A DNA stretch of 64,000 nucleotides from Ramazzottius varieornatus (taxonomy: Eukaryota; Animalia; Tardigrada). Every line of letters begins with the position of its first letter. The first letter of the stretch is position 1. The translations under genes were made by a program, and so were the position numbers. This document shows, in pieces, positions 53,370 to 64,000 of the stretch. The notes beneath the pieces are model-generated. The model did not search any database. It worked only from the letters and a program-made list of their open reading frames with translations, and had not been told where the DNA came from. The stretch lies in contig BDGG01000016.1 in the NCBI GenBank assembly GCA_001949185.1, positions 1 to 64,000 on the forward strand, in the 5' to 3' direction.

Positions 53370-54701
53370 AATCATAATTGTGGCTTCCACATCGAACAGA
53401 GCGTTAAAAACCGCCTTGATGTTTTAATAGTGATGAACCTTTTGTAGATACGTCATTGTTGGCAAGCGGCATCGTACTCGTCTGTTCGCGGTGAACACTG
53501 CTGGTCAAGCGGGCAAGGCTCGAACGTTTTTCCCGGTAAGTGTGGTTCCTGTCACGCTATATATGAGCCTTCGACATTACCTGTCGTATGGGTTGTTTTT
53601 CTGAAGCAGCCATCACGAATCGTGCCATCTGCTACTTCAGTGAATTTGGCTGGTTCTTGTGCTCGCACTTTGGCATTCAGGTAAAGGTTACCTGACGCAC
53701 GAACAAGCAAGTCTGATGTTTTTGTGTCGCAGATGCCTTATTGAAAGTTACGCCCATGGCGTGGTTTAGGGTACTTCCCGTCCGGCTCACTACAATGTCC
53801 TGTACGATGACAGCAACTATACAAGGCCGACCAGATTCAGCTCTTACCATCTCCTACTATCTAACCTACTGCTACGGCAGGTGCAACCGTGGTGTCTGCA
53901 TCCCGGCACCTGTCTACTATGCACACCATGCGGCCTTTCGAGCACGACATTATCCGGAGGAAGCCGACATGCCAGTTTACCCTTTAGTAAAAACATCTGC
54001 CCATTGACATTACATCGTCCATTTGGTGTCATTTGTGACGTTTAACTTTACTCGTAGGACTGGTACCGGTTCTTCTGGCGACTCTGGACACCGTCTGGAG
54101 CTCACCCAGCTCAACCAACGTACCAAGGCTACTAATCTTTCATTCTAAGCGATGAAATTAGAACTTGGAAGTATATTAGCTGTTTCTGTATGCTGCATTT
54201 CAGAAAATCTCCTTCAAAAGTTTTCGTCTTAGGTTTACGAAGACATCACTGGCATGTACTTTGCCTAAACCGCCACCGTATACTTGAATTCTTAAGCCTC
54301 TTGAACAGCGCTACTTTCTTAGTTTTTATCGCGGTTCTCAACTTTGCATGTCCTTTCTTTTTACGACGCTCGCTCGTCTTGTCTGTTTCTAGTCCTTTTT
54401 TAAGCCAGTTGATCTTTCATTAGCTATGTGCTCATAGTTCTCATGCCTGTCGGCTGCATTTAGCATGAGAATCTTTCTAGTTCGAAACTGCACCTTCATT
54501 CATGGTTGAATCTGTTTTCTACCACAACCGTCTCAGGCGAATATCTTTCGTTTAAATTTTCAACCAAGAGTTTTTATCCAAATGTGTGCTTTATTGAACC
54601 CAGCTGTTGTCTCCGTAGTGTCCTGTTTTTATTAATTAAAGTTTGTACAATCAAATGTCCGGCGCGGCAAGACAGTCCGCGAATCTAGGTTACCGGTCTT
54701 C

Positions 54702-55174
54702 TCAGCGGCGACCCAAGCCGAAGCGAACATTTTTCAGTCGACCAAAGTCCAGCATCCTGTTCTCGTTTCTTGCTACTTCCTCCAACACATCTTGCCAGTT
54801 TCCCTTGGGTCGCTTGATTCCTCTCGCACGCTTTGTGACGTCTTCTTTAACAAAAAAAACGGAAACTATACAGCGGGGTTCCATAATGGTACGCGGAAAG
54901 TGGAAAGCTTTCTGCGACAGAAATGGATCAACCGATATTCCGCATTTTCCCGATTATTCAGAACTAATCTCTTACCTGGAAAGCGGTCTTGAAAGAGGCC
55001 ATTTTCTTGTAAAATAAGGACAGATTTATGCACTTTACGGATTAGTGGGTGGAATCAGACAAGGAAGCGGTACGTACCATAGGCGCTGGCGGATGGGGCG
55101 TAAATTTCGTCAACATCATCAGCAGATACTGCAACGAAGATAACGCAGTAAAGACATAACAAAAGTTTCAACAT
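54702..55174 (-). CDS. Predicted neuropeptide precursor (C-terminal RFGL-amide)
   Basis: Exons 55174-55078, 55005-54976 and 54844-54702 give MLKLLLCLYCVIFVAVSA-DDVDEIYAPSASAYENGLFQDRFPEDVT-KR-ARGI-KR-PKGNWQDVLEEVARNENRMLDFGRLKNVRFGL-GRR*. TATA upstream, AATAAA downstream (~54590, ~54628). Confidence 0.75.
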
Positions 55175-55300
55175 TTTCTCTTGCCACACTAAGTCATAAG
55201 TTTCAGAAAATGAAGGAAATGATCTCGCTGGTAGTGATCAAAGTCGGGGACCTGACAGAATGAACAATAACTTTGTGGTGGCACGCGCTGGTCGCTTGAT

Positions 55301-55312
55301 CGCCCTTATATA
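55301..55312 (-). promoter_or_regulatory. TATA box of the neuropeptide precursor gene
   Basis: TATATAAGGGCG on the minus strand ~130 nt upstream of the ATG. Confidence 0.55.
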
Positions 55313-55791
55313 CTGTCCATCGCACGCAACTTACCCTCCGTGCACGTCAGATCACCCTCAAATTCTGAATTACACCTGTCGGGAAAACTATTCCTGGTCT
55401 GTATAAGCGTCACCGGTCAGTTGGTCACGGTATGCGTTGCGGGATGATTGTGACACTTCACTCACGGGTCCACATGATTACGTTCCAGAGGATCACGCAC
55501 CCTATGTAACGACGATTACCCGCAAGGTCTTGGCCTCTTTAACCTGCTGGAACGACGGAATATTACTTTCTACCAGGTTTTCCAACTAGCATCAAAACCA
55601 GAAGATCCAGCAAGACTTGTGACCCAGCCAATAAAGTAAACTGACCAGCGTAACATAAGTATCCGACAGGAAGGCCGCCACTGAACGTCGGACTAGTACA
55701 AAACGACCGAAAATATGTCGTCTTATACTTTGGAGAGAATAATTATATAATCTGAACAATGCAGGGGGGAAGAACGCGACAAACCACGAGT

Positions 55792-56848
55792 CTATTCTTC
55801 TCCTTCGTCTCCCACTTCCGCTTCCATCATCATGGCTTCCGGTTCTTCTTCGTAATCTGAATGTTCTTCGATTTCCATCAACTGCTGGCCCTTCCTCGAC
55901 AGCTTGGCTAAATCGAAACATTGTGCAAAGGATGTCCAACGTATATGAATCTATAAGAGCAGAAGGCTGACTTACCGGCGGGAGATTTGAGCATGTGCAT
56001 GCTCTTCTGAATCTGCTTTCGGTCCATCTGTTTCCTGTCTTCCACACCTTTCTGAAGCCTACACATTCAAATCAGAATTTGTACAGTGAAACACATGGAA
56101 CTCGCTGCGGAGACCGAAACATCGACCCGAACAACGGAAGCCGGGAATACCAAATATAGGGAGGGATCCATCACAAGTCTACCAATGTCCTGACACTATA
56201 TGAACAGGGGTTACCTTTTTAGTATGTGCTGTGCTTCTCGTTTCTGTTTTATCTCGTCGATCCGTTTTATGGCATCAACTACAAAGGATAATGATGTTTA
56301 CATCGTGATGCTCGGTTCATTCTCGAAGCAACATAGACCAATAGCTCTGCCAATAGCTCCACCATGACAGTTTCTAGGTTGCGACCGGAAGTGGTAATGA
56401 CTGAATACTTTGTAATGAGCAGAATGCTAGTATACCTGTCTTTTCCCACAATTCACGGCTGTATTTGACGGGGGTATTTCGCCTCTTTTCAAACTCAAAG
56501 GCAGGATCGACCGTCAACTCTTTGCCTGCCGCTTTCCTGAAGGCTTTCGTCCATCTCGTCTTGCGGGGATTCTTCTTCTTCTTGAAGGCGCGATGGCATT
56601 TTGACCGGCAAAACTTGAATATCTGAAATCAGAAACGTGCAGTTTACATATCTAATCTCCTCGGCACACGTAAATCCAAGTGCTTTGACATTCAAGCAGG
56701 GACTGCTGGTAAGCAAGTGAAAGTAACTGTACGAAATCCCTAAATAATAATTACAGCTGACATTTACCTTGCAGTCGTTCCGCACAAACTGGATTCCATG
56801 GCCGGGATAGATGGTCGAGGAGCAGAAGAAACACCTTTCGATCCTCAT
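55792..56848 (-). CDS. RSL24D1: Ribosome biogenesis protein RLP24 / RSL24D1
   Basis: [27 protein letters not shown]|[49 protein letters not shown]..., with an acidic tail ending GDEGEE*. Confidence 0.95.
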
Positions 56849-57622
56849 CGTGCCTCACTTTCACTGTAAGGCCGCAGATCAACAGGAATGAGGATGGCTG
56901 AAGAAACAATCACTGATTCACGGGAAGAATCTCGGAAGCGCGTCTATGTCGAAACCCACAGTCCGGACGCGTCGATTAAATGGTAACGAAACAACTAAAG
57001 GGACAATCAAGCGAAACTGGAAACAGCCTCGTTTGATTGACCATTTGTACTTGATCAGATGCCGGATCTTCACCGAGAAATTGCGAAAACTGGATGACTG
57101 GATGACGATGTGATGTAAAGTTGCGTATGTACAGGGCCGCGAGGTTATGAAGAGTGGCACCTGAGGGTTATGTAATACGTCATATTATAAGTCACATGTT
57201 TGCCGAGCTTGTGTTTATTGACAAGCCACACAAAGAAAGGCTCCAAAACTTCTTGCTTGTTAGGCAAACCTGTCTGCGCTAGTTTCGTTATTCCATACGG
57301 AAGGAGCCGGACCGAATCTTGTTCAGTCCTGGAAATTACCCGTAGTGCGAAGGGAAAGCACTTCTGATCGGCGAGTCCCCTGTTCCAGGCAGTCTGTATG
57401 GGTGCTTATCGGAGAGGAGATCGGTAACGCAAGGTAAGCAGTAAGCATGGCAGCTCCCTCGATTGATGTTTTGCGTTGTGCTACATCGTTCTTGGCAACC
57501 GCAGGTTCTGCTGCAGTGAGCTTATGTGCTGTTGACTTCTTGCAGGAGTTAGAGGGAACTGTGCTGTACTATGATAACCTCGATCGACAAGCTGTAGTAT
57601 TTTGCACCGAGAGTGAAAGGCC

Positions 57623-60600
57623 ATGGAACGTGAGAATTCAAACTCGTCCTTGCACGGCTGGACGCTGGTCGATCACGATCAGGAAGAGCAGGTGTGTTAT
57701 CAACTTTGTTGTCAACGGAGCGATGGGTCTATGCATGAGATGACAACTTCAATCGAAAAGTGTTTTGATGTTGAGTGATCAGGCAATCAAGTCACCAGAC
57801 ATGTTGTAATGACAGTGACGTAATGCATAAGTCTATCAGGGACCGGAAGTCAACCGGAAGTGGTCATATGGGGTTGCGATAGTCGTTCCCTTGCTTCGTC
57901 CTGTTTCGCGCCTTCTGATACGAGGTCTAAATAAGAGGTCTTACGTAAATTATGGTGGCTTGCTTGTGTCGATAGGTGGTATCGGGCAGCAGTCGATCAT
58001 CGTCCATATCGGGACATTGGAGTTCTTCCAAAGATGTGGAGGACGCTACCAAGCAGCAGTCAGCAAAGAATGCCGCTCCACCGGAAAGCGAAACCGTAAC
58101 GAACGACAGGTAAGGGTGTGATCGGTCGTGTTGGCTGACTGGGTAGCTGGCGGCCACAGTCATTAGCTGCTGTTTGATAACCATCAGGTGATGTTGTTGC
58201 GTGTATAGAACTGCGATTGACATTTCTGATGAGACGTCCGAACAGTCTGATGGAGAAGTGGTGGCTATCGAGGAGGATACAGATGACCATCTGGAAGGAT
58301 GGGAGACCGCCCAGCGACAGACGGGACCTTGTCAATGCTCGCTAAATACTAGCTGGGTCCAAGATGACGGTTGGTTCTCTCTTTTATGCGCTGAAATCAC
58401 CAATCACCAAAGAAAGACTAGTAAGTCTGACGGTGTTTGCATGGGATTGCAGATGAGTGTTCGATGGGCGAGTCGGATACTTCGTCGCACTCGGGCTGGC
58501 AAGTTCCACCCTCTTCTGTTCGACAACGAAGCGCCAGTGAAGAATTGAGAGATGAGGACGAAGTTGAGGCGCTGCCGCTGGACTATCCTGCTGGTTATGC
58601 ACCCACCACCCGGGCCTACGTGCATCGTCGTAACGAAGAACTTAACCGCGGCTTGACAGTTTACGTCGTCATGATGGCCGTGCTGGTAGCCTTGCTAGCA
58701 ATGGGGCACTTTGGAGGGACGCTGATCGTTACTCGACATGCCCACTATGGAGCTCCAGTCGATGTGGCCCAGAATATGCGTCGTTCGATGGGAGTCGTGC
58801 CGAATGGACCAACCGTGGATGTCGGTGGACAGGGGCAGCATGCCGAAGTCTTTCTCAAACTTCATCAGGTACGGCAGACCCAAGCATAATTTTGAGCGTT
58901 GTTGCACTTCTTCTACAAACGTGCTTGTCACGGTGGTGCCGAGCACGGCTTCGGTCGGTACTTCGTAGAAAAAAAGGAGCAGAAATCCCCCGGATAAAAT
59001 CGTTCTCGTAAGTGGCGCACGTTTCCAGCCAGTATTACCGAGAAGGTGCGCCACTTGAGAAACGGTCTGGTCGAGTCTGTCGAGTTCCCCAGCTCCCAGA
59101 TACTTTCCAAGAATTAAAAAGTGCGTAGTGTAAGGTAGCAGAGTTCACGGCAGAACTCTCTGTGTTATGTCTTTTAGATGATGAAGACGCAGGGTGAGCT
59201 GAAGCGTCGGATTTCTGCGCTCGAAGATGAAAACCGCGCTCTTCGTCTTCGTTTGGCGGACAGCCGGAAACTCCTGACACGTATCGTCCACAAAGCTCCT
59301 GTCTTCAACATCTCCACTGGTCAAGACGGATCTTCCTGGTCGAAGAGAGCTTCGCTATCTGCCTCGGCTGGCTTGACGCTCTCCGACATTGTCCACCTAC
59401 ATGAACCAAAAGATGAAGTTCCTCGGAACTTTCACCGTCTGCAGAAAGCTGGCCTTGCTTCTGTCTTGGCCAACAAGTCTAGCCTTCAGCAACCATCAAG
59501 ACCAGCACTGACCAAGGTAACTTGTTCTAAACCAGCTTCTCCGGAGTCTCGAGGACCCGCGTCGTGGGTCCATCGACTGAGAAACGACACCAAGTGGAAA
59601 GGTATGAAGGCGCAAGTGGAGAGTATTAAGCGAGACTTGTACAATGTCAAGGAGCGCTATCAGGAGGTTAACCGTAGCCACATCTGGAAGAACCTCTCAA
59701 CCGTACCTCCTTCGTCACAGCATAAGCATCAATCACAAACGTCCCGTGAGTCGAAAGATTCCAAGTATGCCCACTGTGGTCTGGGTGGAACGCTGTACAA
59801 TGACTATTGCTACCTGACACCCAACAAATATCGAGCAGCCAGTAACCAGCCTAGCCAGAAGCGCCAGCCGGAAGTGAAGGCGGGCAAGGCCGGCTGGTAC
59901 TGGAAGACCCACGATCCACTACGTTTGTGGCATACACTGCAACACCTGTCGCGGACGAAAAAGATAAAGAAGGCCTTGAAGAAGTGGACGTACGACTTGG
60001 TCAGCGTTAGCAGTCCCTTTCTCAAAGACACCATCGCCCATGTGCCAAAAAGGTTACAGGTAACGTCACACATTGCAGTACATGGGAGTTCGGCAAATGA
60101 GCTCGAGAAGTTGTTTTATCCAGTGGCGCACCTCTCAACCAAGACCACTGAGAACCTGCGCTCCTTGGAAAAACCATCCTGTCGAGTTTGTTTGCCGAGC
60201 TTCCACATGCTACATAAACTAGCTGTTTCCGCTTAATGTCGCTTGGTTTTCAGGCTTCGAAAGATTGGGTTAGTTGTCAGTGGAAATGGTGGCAGAAAGC
60301 AGTGCAGCATACTGGAGGTGAAGGTGGCTCGCGCTGGACCATGTCGTTGAACAGCTCTCCTGGATGCAGAGACGATGGCTGGCGGCCAAAATGTAAAGAT
60401 GGACAATGCAAGTACGCAAGTACGAACCATTGTGTGTCTAGTTTTGATTGTCGCTTGACTTATATCGTTGTAGGCCACAAGAAGTACCGAAAGAAAATCG
60501 AAAGCGAAAAAAGGAAACGCCCAAAGTCCCACAAGGACAAACGGAAAAGAAAGCCGAGACATTAGGGTAAGTTATCAGCAGCTGCCTAGTTTTATACGAG

Positions 60601-60890
60601 CGCTGATTTCATCAAGGTGTTTTGTTGATAGGAAAGCTGACTGGTACTCGCAACGAGCAGTGGATCGTGCCCGGTACCGTCTGTCCCAAGTTAAGCAGTG
60701 GAAGACCTCTAATCTGACCTTGACATCTTGGCTTTTCGAACGTGCTCGTGGTCGTCAGGTTCAGCGAGAGCAACAGGTGGCGACTGACTATAACGAGACT
60801 CCCACTAGACAAGAGGCCATCCCTGCCGATCCCATCTATGCTTTCCTCAAACACCGGGCCGCTGCTCGGGCCCTAAATCGTTATCCCTGA
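57623..60890 (+). CDS. CCPG1/PBXIP1-like ER membrane protein (candidate ER-phagy receptor)
   Basis: MERENSNSSLHGWTLVDHD (LIR, cf. CCPG1 SSCGWTVISHE); FIR-like SDGEVVAIEE; TM preceded by LNRGL and ending MGHFGG; coiled coil; luminal C-terminus with WLFERARGR. Confidence 0.72.
58975..59097. mobile_element. Palindromic MITE copy (single core)
   Basis: aagtggcgcac-N25-gtgcgccactt; right terminus cccagctccc; intronic. Confidence 0.8.
60084..60204. mobile_element. Palindromic MITE copy with ACAT target-site duplication
   Basis: ACAT at 60080-60083 and 60205-60208; gggagttcggcaaa...tttgccgagcttcc termini; 121 bp; inside intron 60060-60253. Confidence 0.85.
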
Positions 60891-61357
60891 TTAACTGCTC
60901 GTAATCTCTTTCTTATACATTGAATTTGTGTATATGATTATCGGTGGTGGTACTTTAACATTTTTATTTCTCAGTCTTTGAACCCTCATCTTGTGTGGGT
61001 ACTAGGTGGTTGATATCTGCATTTTATTTTGGACTCCCCTTGGTGTATTCATCGCAGGTGTGTTTCCTGTTACCATACATGTGTCATGCTGTACCCGTCT
61101 TTTACTTTTCAGTTTATTTCCTTTTTGAGTTTTTTGTTAACACAGTAGCTAAAGCAAACACTCTACAAGATAAAAAAAGTCAAGCATGCTTCGGTCCGTA
61201 ATGAAAATGAAAAACTTCAAAGTAAAATTTGGACTTTACCATCGTAGAAGCCAGCCAAACAAATGTTTAACATAGACTGCATTTAACTTAGAACAGCAGC
61301 TTCAGCAGTTGCGCTCTTGACCCGCGACATATGAAGACGAAAGTTCATACAAACGCA

Positions 61358-63229
61358 TCATGAGTTGACAATGTCTTTGACTTTGACGACCCATCGAGCT
61401 AGATCGGTTGTTTCGTGTTCTGAACGAAGAATAAAAGGATGCAGGAGCAGTGCCTGCAGCGATGGCCGTTTCGATGGTTCACTCTGCAAACTGCAAAATA
61501 ACAAAAATCAGAGGCATACCCGAACATCACGTCGGCAGTTGAGAGAGGTGGCTCAAAAAACGACGTACCAGCTGTCAACAAAATCTTTGAGATCGAACGA
61601 AACGATGCCTTCCGGAAAGGTGGGTGAAGGTGAGTTGACAATGTAGTCCAGCAACTCAAAGATGGCCATAACCACTGCCGGTTCTGTCAACAGAGGAATA
61701 AGAGTCGGGAAACTGAAGTTTAATTCACCTCGAGCGTACTACAGTTGTAAGGGAAGACCACGATACCTGGCGTTGCGCTGGAAGAAGCAAAGATTTGGCG
61801 GAACTCCTCGGGGTCGGGCGGAGGAATGGGATACCGTCCAAGTGCTAGTTCCAACAGTGAAAGACCTAAGGACCAGATATCAGAGGCGATGGTGTACGGT
61901 GAACCCTTTAGTCGCTCGGGTGCCATGTATGAACGGCTCCCGACGAAAGAGTTCGCCATGGAGTCAATCAGTTGTCCGCTCACGCCGAAATCGCACAGCT
62001 TGACTTCTCCCCGTGTATTGACCAGGATGTTTGATGGCTTGATATCTACAAGGGAAGCATCATGCGGTCTCGTTAGCAGAGTTTCGAGGCTAGTAAACGA
62101 TATAGGAAAATTTTCTGACACCTGCAAACAGCAAGCCTGTTATAATGGGTAGCTCGCAAGTATGCAAGTGAACGAAAACGAAGCGGGTTTTGAGTCCCGA
62201 CTTCCCAGATAAATTTTCCATATTTTCCAAAAGCCGGCTTTTGGAGAGAATCATTAACCCTCCTACCTCGATGCAGGATATTGTGCTTTTCTTTCAGGTA
62301 GATCAAGCCCTTCAGGACGCAGGTGGTTATTTTCCCTAGAATGTCTTCTGGTACACGAATTCCTCGCCGTAAAATCTGATCCAATGATCCCCCATCCTTA
62401 ATCAACAGAACGGCTTTAAGTTGTCATATTCTTCGGACCGCCAAGATGGAAAACTGCGATACGAATATCCACTAACCATGTATTCCATTAAGATACTGAT
62501 TTCCCCGTTATCGTAGAAGGCTCCGTAGAACCCCACAATGTAAGGGGAGTTGCATTCGTGGAGGATCTTCAATTCTGTTATGATCTGGTTGCGAATGGCC
62601 GGCTTCACCTCCAGATGTATCAACTGTAATTAAGATAAGGCTACAGCACAGCATTTAATACGTTGCACGATGAGAAACGAGGGAATATGCTGTACGTGTC
62701 AAAATGGAAGCGTGGCAAACAACTCGATTTCCCAAGTGGCGCACGCATTCTAATGTAACTGGCTGAATGCGCGCGCCACTGGAAAAACGATCGTGTTGGG
62801 CTTGTTCCCAGCTGCCAAGTGTACCTTTCGAGCCATCTCTAGCTGTGATGGTCGATGTCGAACACGAAGCACCACGCCACCGCTACCTACTCCTAGTTCA
62901 CCCAGCTTGTCTAGCTCGTCGGCATGAATTTCTCCCATCTTCTGCTTCAACTCCAGGAAGCTCTGAAGACGCTTGCGCTGCAATGTATCCAGTTCCAGCT
63001 CGGCTTCCGCATCGACAGCACCCACGCTCCCTTGCGTTACGGTCTTGTCCCGGTCAACATCGGCAGCTGCTGCCAACAGGTCAAGATCGCCTCCCCCTGC
63101 ACCACCGCTACTGCAACGAAAAACACCTGTCTGCACACGGATCAGGTACAACATATGGAAGAAGGAAAAGAGGGCTTACTTGGGTAACGTCAATCCTGGC
63201 CGAGGCTTCTTCTTTCCCACGGCAGCCAT
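61358..63229 (-). CDS. MAP2K1: Dual-specificity MAP kinase kinase MEK1/2 (Dsor1)
   Basis: D-domain [103 protein letters not shown]. Confidence 0.96.
62706..62816. mobile_element. Palindromic MITE copy (single core)
   Basis: ggaagcgtggcaaac...ttgttcccagctgcc; core spacer 26 nt; flanks AAAT/AAGT; in MEK intron. Confidence 0.75.
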
Positions 63230-63409
63230 TTCGACACAGAATGTCCTTCGGTTACAGGAAGGTCAGAAGCCGCCTGACATCCAACGTATGACTATATACG
63301 AGAGACGAGACAAGTCCAAACTCCAGAGATCGACGAAAATAACGAACGAAGACGAAACTCGAAAGTCACGAAATCTTTCCTGTTTCATGGGATCGCTGGG
63401 ACTTTTTTG

Positions 63410-63417
63410 TGACGTCA
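63410..63417. promoter_or_regulatory. Palindromic CRE in the MEK/MPG bidirectional promoter
   Basis: TGACGTCA between the divergent ATGs at 63229 and 63621. Confidence 0.4.
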
Positions 63418-63620
63418 TTTACACAGCTGATTCAAAAAGTTAAAGTCTCTTAGAACTTCAGACGAGCCGCCGTTAGTTCATTCTTTCGTCTTTTAATTTT
63501 CGAGTTTTCGATTTGCGAATTACGATTTACGAGTCTGCTGATTCTTCTTTAAATCTCTTGTGGCCCAAATTGTGGGAGGTGCCGGTCGACGAGCGTACGT
63601 GATCTTCCGAATCCGAATAA

Positions 63621-64000
63621 ATGTCTGAGGAGACTACATCGGCGTATTTTGTTAAGAAGCGACGGAAGCAGACGACGAGCGGTTCCGGTGATGACGATCT
63701 TAGCGCCCAGGTTGCCTTTCAACCTACTCTTTCGAATTCGACATTTGGTGGTGCCATCACCATGCTTCCCTCGAAATTCTACGCCAAGCCCTGCCACGAG
63801 CTCGCTAAGGCGCTGTTAGGCAAAATCCTGGTGAGGCAGCTTCCTGGCGGCGAGCTGCTAAAGGGACGCATAGTGGAGACTGAAGGTAGCAGACCGTACA
63901 GTAGATTCTTCCCTTTGAAAACGACACGGAATATATCTGTCAGATATCTTCTTCTTGCAGCCTATCCCGGAGAGACGGATCGTGCTAGTCATTCATTCAA
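63621..64000 (+). CDS. MPG: DNA-3-methyladenine glycosylase (AAG/MPG), 5' part; runs off window
   Basis: MSEETTSAYFVKKRRK...FYAKPCHELAKALLGKILVRQLPGGELLKGRIVETE|AYPGETDRASHSF; the GRIVETEAY catalytic motif is split by intron 63886-63960. Absent from the ORF track. Confidence 0.92.
   Translation, partial: MSEETTSAYFVKKRRKQTTSGSGDDDLSAQVAFQPTLSNSTFGGAITMLPSKFYAKPCHELAKALLGKILVRQLPGGELLKGRIVETEGSRPYSRFFPLKTTRNISVRYLLLAAYPGETDRASHSF

Larger units (their letters stand above)
50362..54148 (+). pseudogene. Argonaute (AGO-clade) unprocessed pseudogene
   Basis: VGRSFF, GGLESWPGF, TLNLDVANTAF, PAZ (TVEAYFKK..LPLLE, FPMEVC), KLTDDQTSLMVK, GRVLPKP, NILLKVNAKLGG, IIFGADVTHP, RIIFFRDGVS, VGKRHRTRLF, FLCSHFGIQGTSRPAHY, IPAPVYYAHHAAFRAR. 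About 8 frameshifts (~50715, 51118, 51620, 52369, 52585, 53520, 53824, 53848); introns retained. Confidence 0.85.

Noticed and set aside
56060-56212. Possible box C/D snoRNA in an RLP24 intron (GTGATGG...CTGA)
   Set aside because: Box C is imperfect, the CTGA coincides with the likely branch point, no terminal stem; would need a snoscan/Rfam search.
60060-60565. Tail of ORF 59178-60236 and the basic ORF ending KRKRKPRH (60236-60565)
   Set aside because: The first reads through an intron holding a MITE; the second is out of frame after the 60413-60473 intron.
61915-61965. MEK activation segment FVGSRSYM instead of FVGTRSYM
   Set aside because: Conservative T-to-S change; both phospho-serines (SMANS) are intact.

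Overview
Eukaryotic (invertebrate animal) genomic DNA, not prokaryotic. It is gene-dense with many short GT-AG introns (mostly ~60-120 nt), so the six-frame ORF track mostly shows exon fragments. The compactness and gene set (invertebrate troponin C, spaetzle-like ligands, C-clamp TCF, receptor guanylyl cyclase) suggest a compact ecdysozoan genome, possibly a tardigrade; this is inference only. I reconstructed about 20 genes by hand-splicing, in order: 3' part of a giant KASH-domain (nesprin-like) gene, orphan peptide-type GPCR, receptor guanylyl cyclase with a degenerate catalytic site, troponin C, calmodulin-like, small secreted orphan, two divergent spaetzle-like paralogues, WIPI/Atg18, a minimal RNase H-like protein with a mitochondrial-type presequence, CCDC50-like, MCM7, TCF/pangolin, a frameshifted Argonaute pseudogene, an unannotated amidated-neuropeptide precursor, RSL24D1/RLP24, CCPG1-like, MEK1/2 and the 5' part of MPG. 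Highlights: (1) a fully palindromic ~120-bp (single-core) or ~185-200-bp (double-core) MITE family with GGGA termini and 4-bp TSDs. It occurs at about 17 loci, all in introns, and its AAGTGGCGCAC-N25-GTGCGCCACTT core keeps a near-invariant spacer; one copy is nested inside another. (2) A hidden three-exon prohormone predicted to release a 32-aa ...NVRFGL-amide peptide. (3) A predicted pseudo-cyclase receptor. (4) A stripped-down RNase H-like protein. (5) An indel-riddled, formerly slicer-type Argonaute. Exon boundaries were read by eye and may be off by a few bases.
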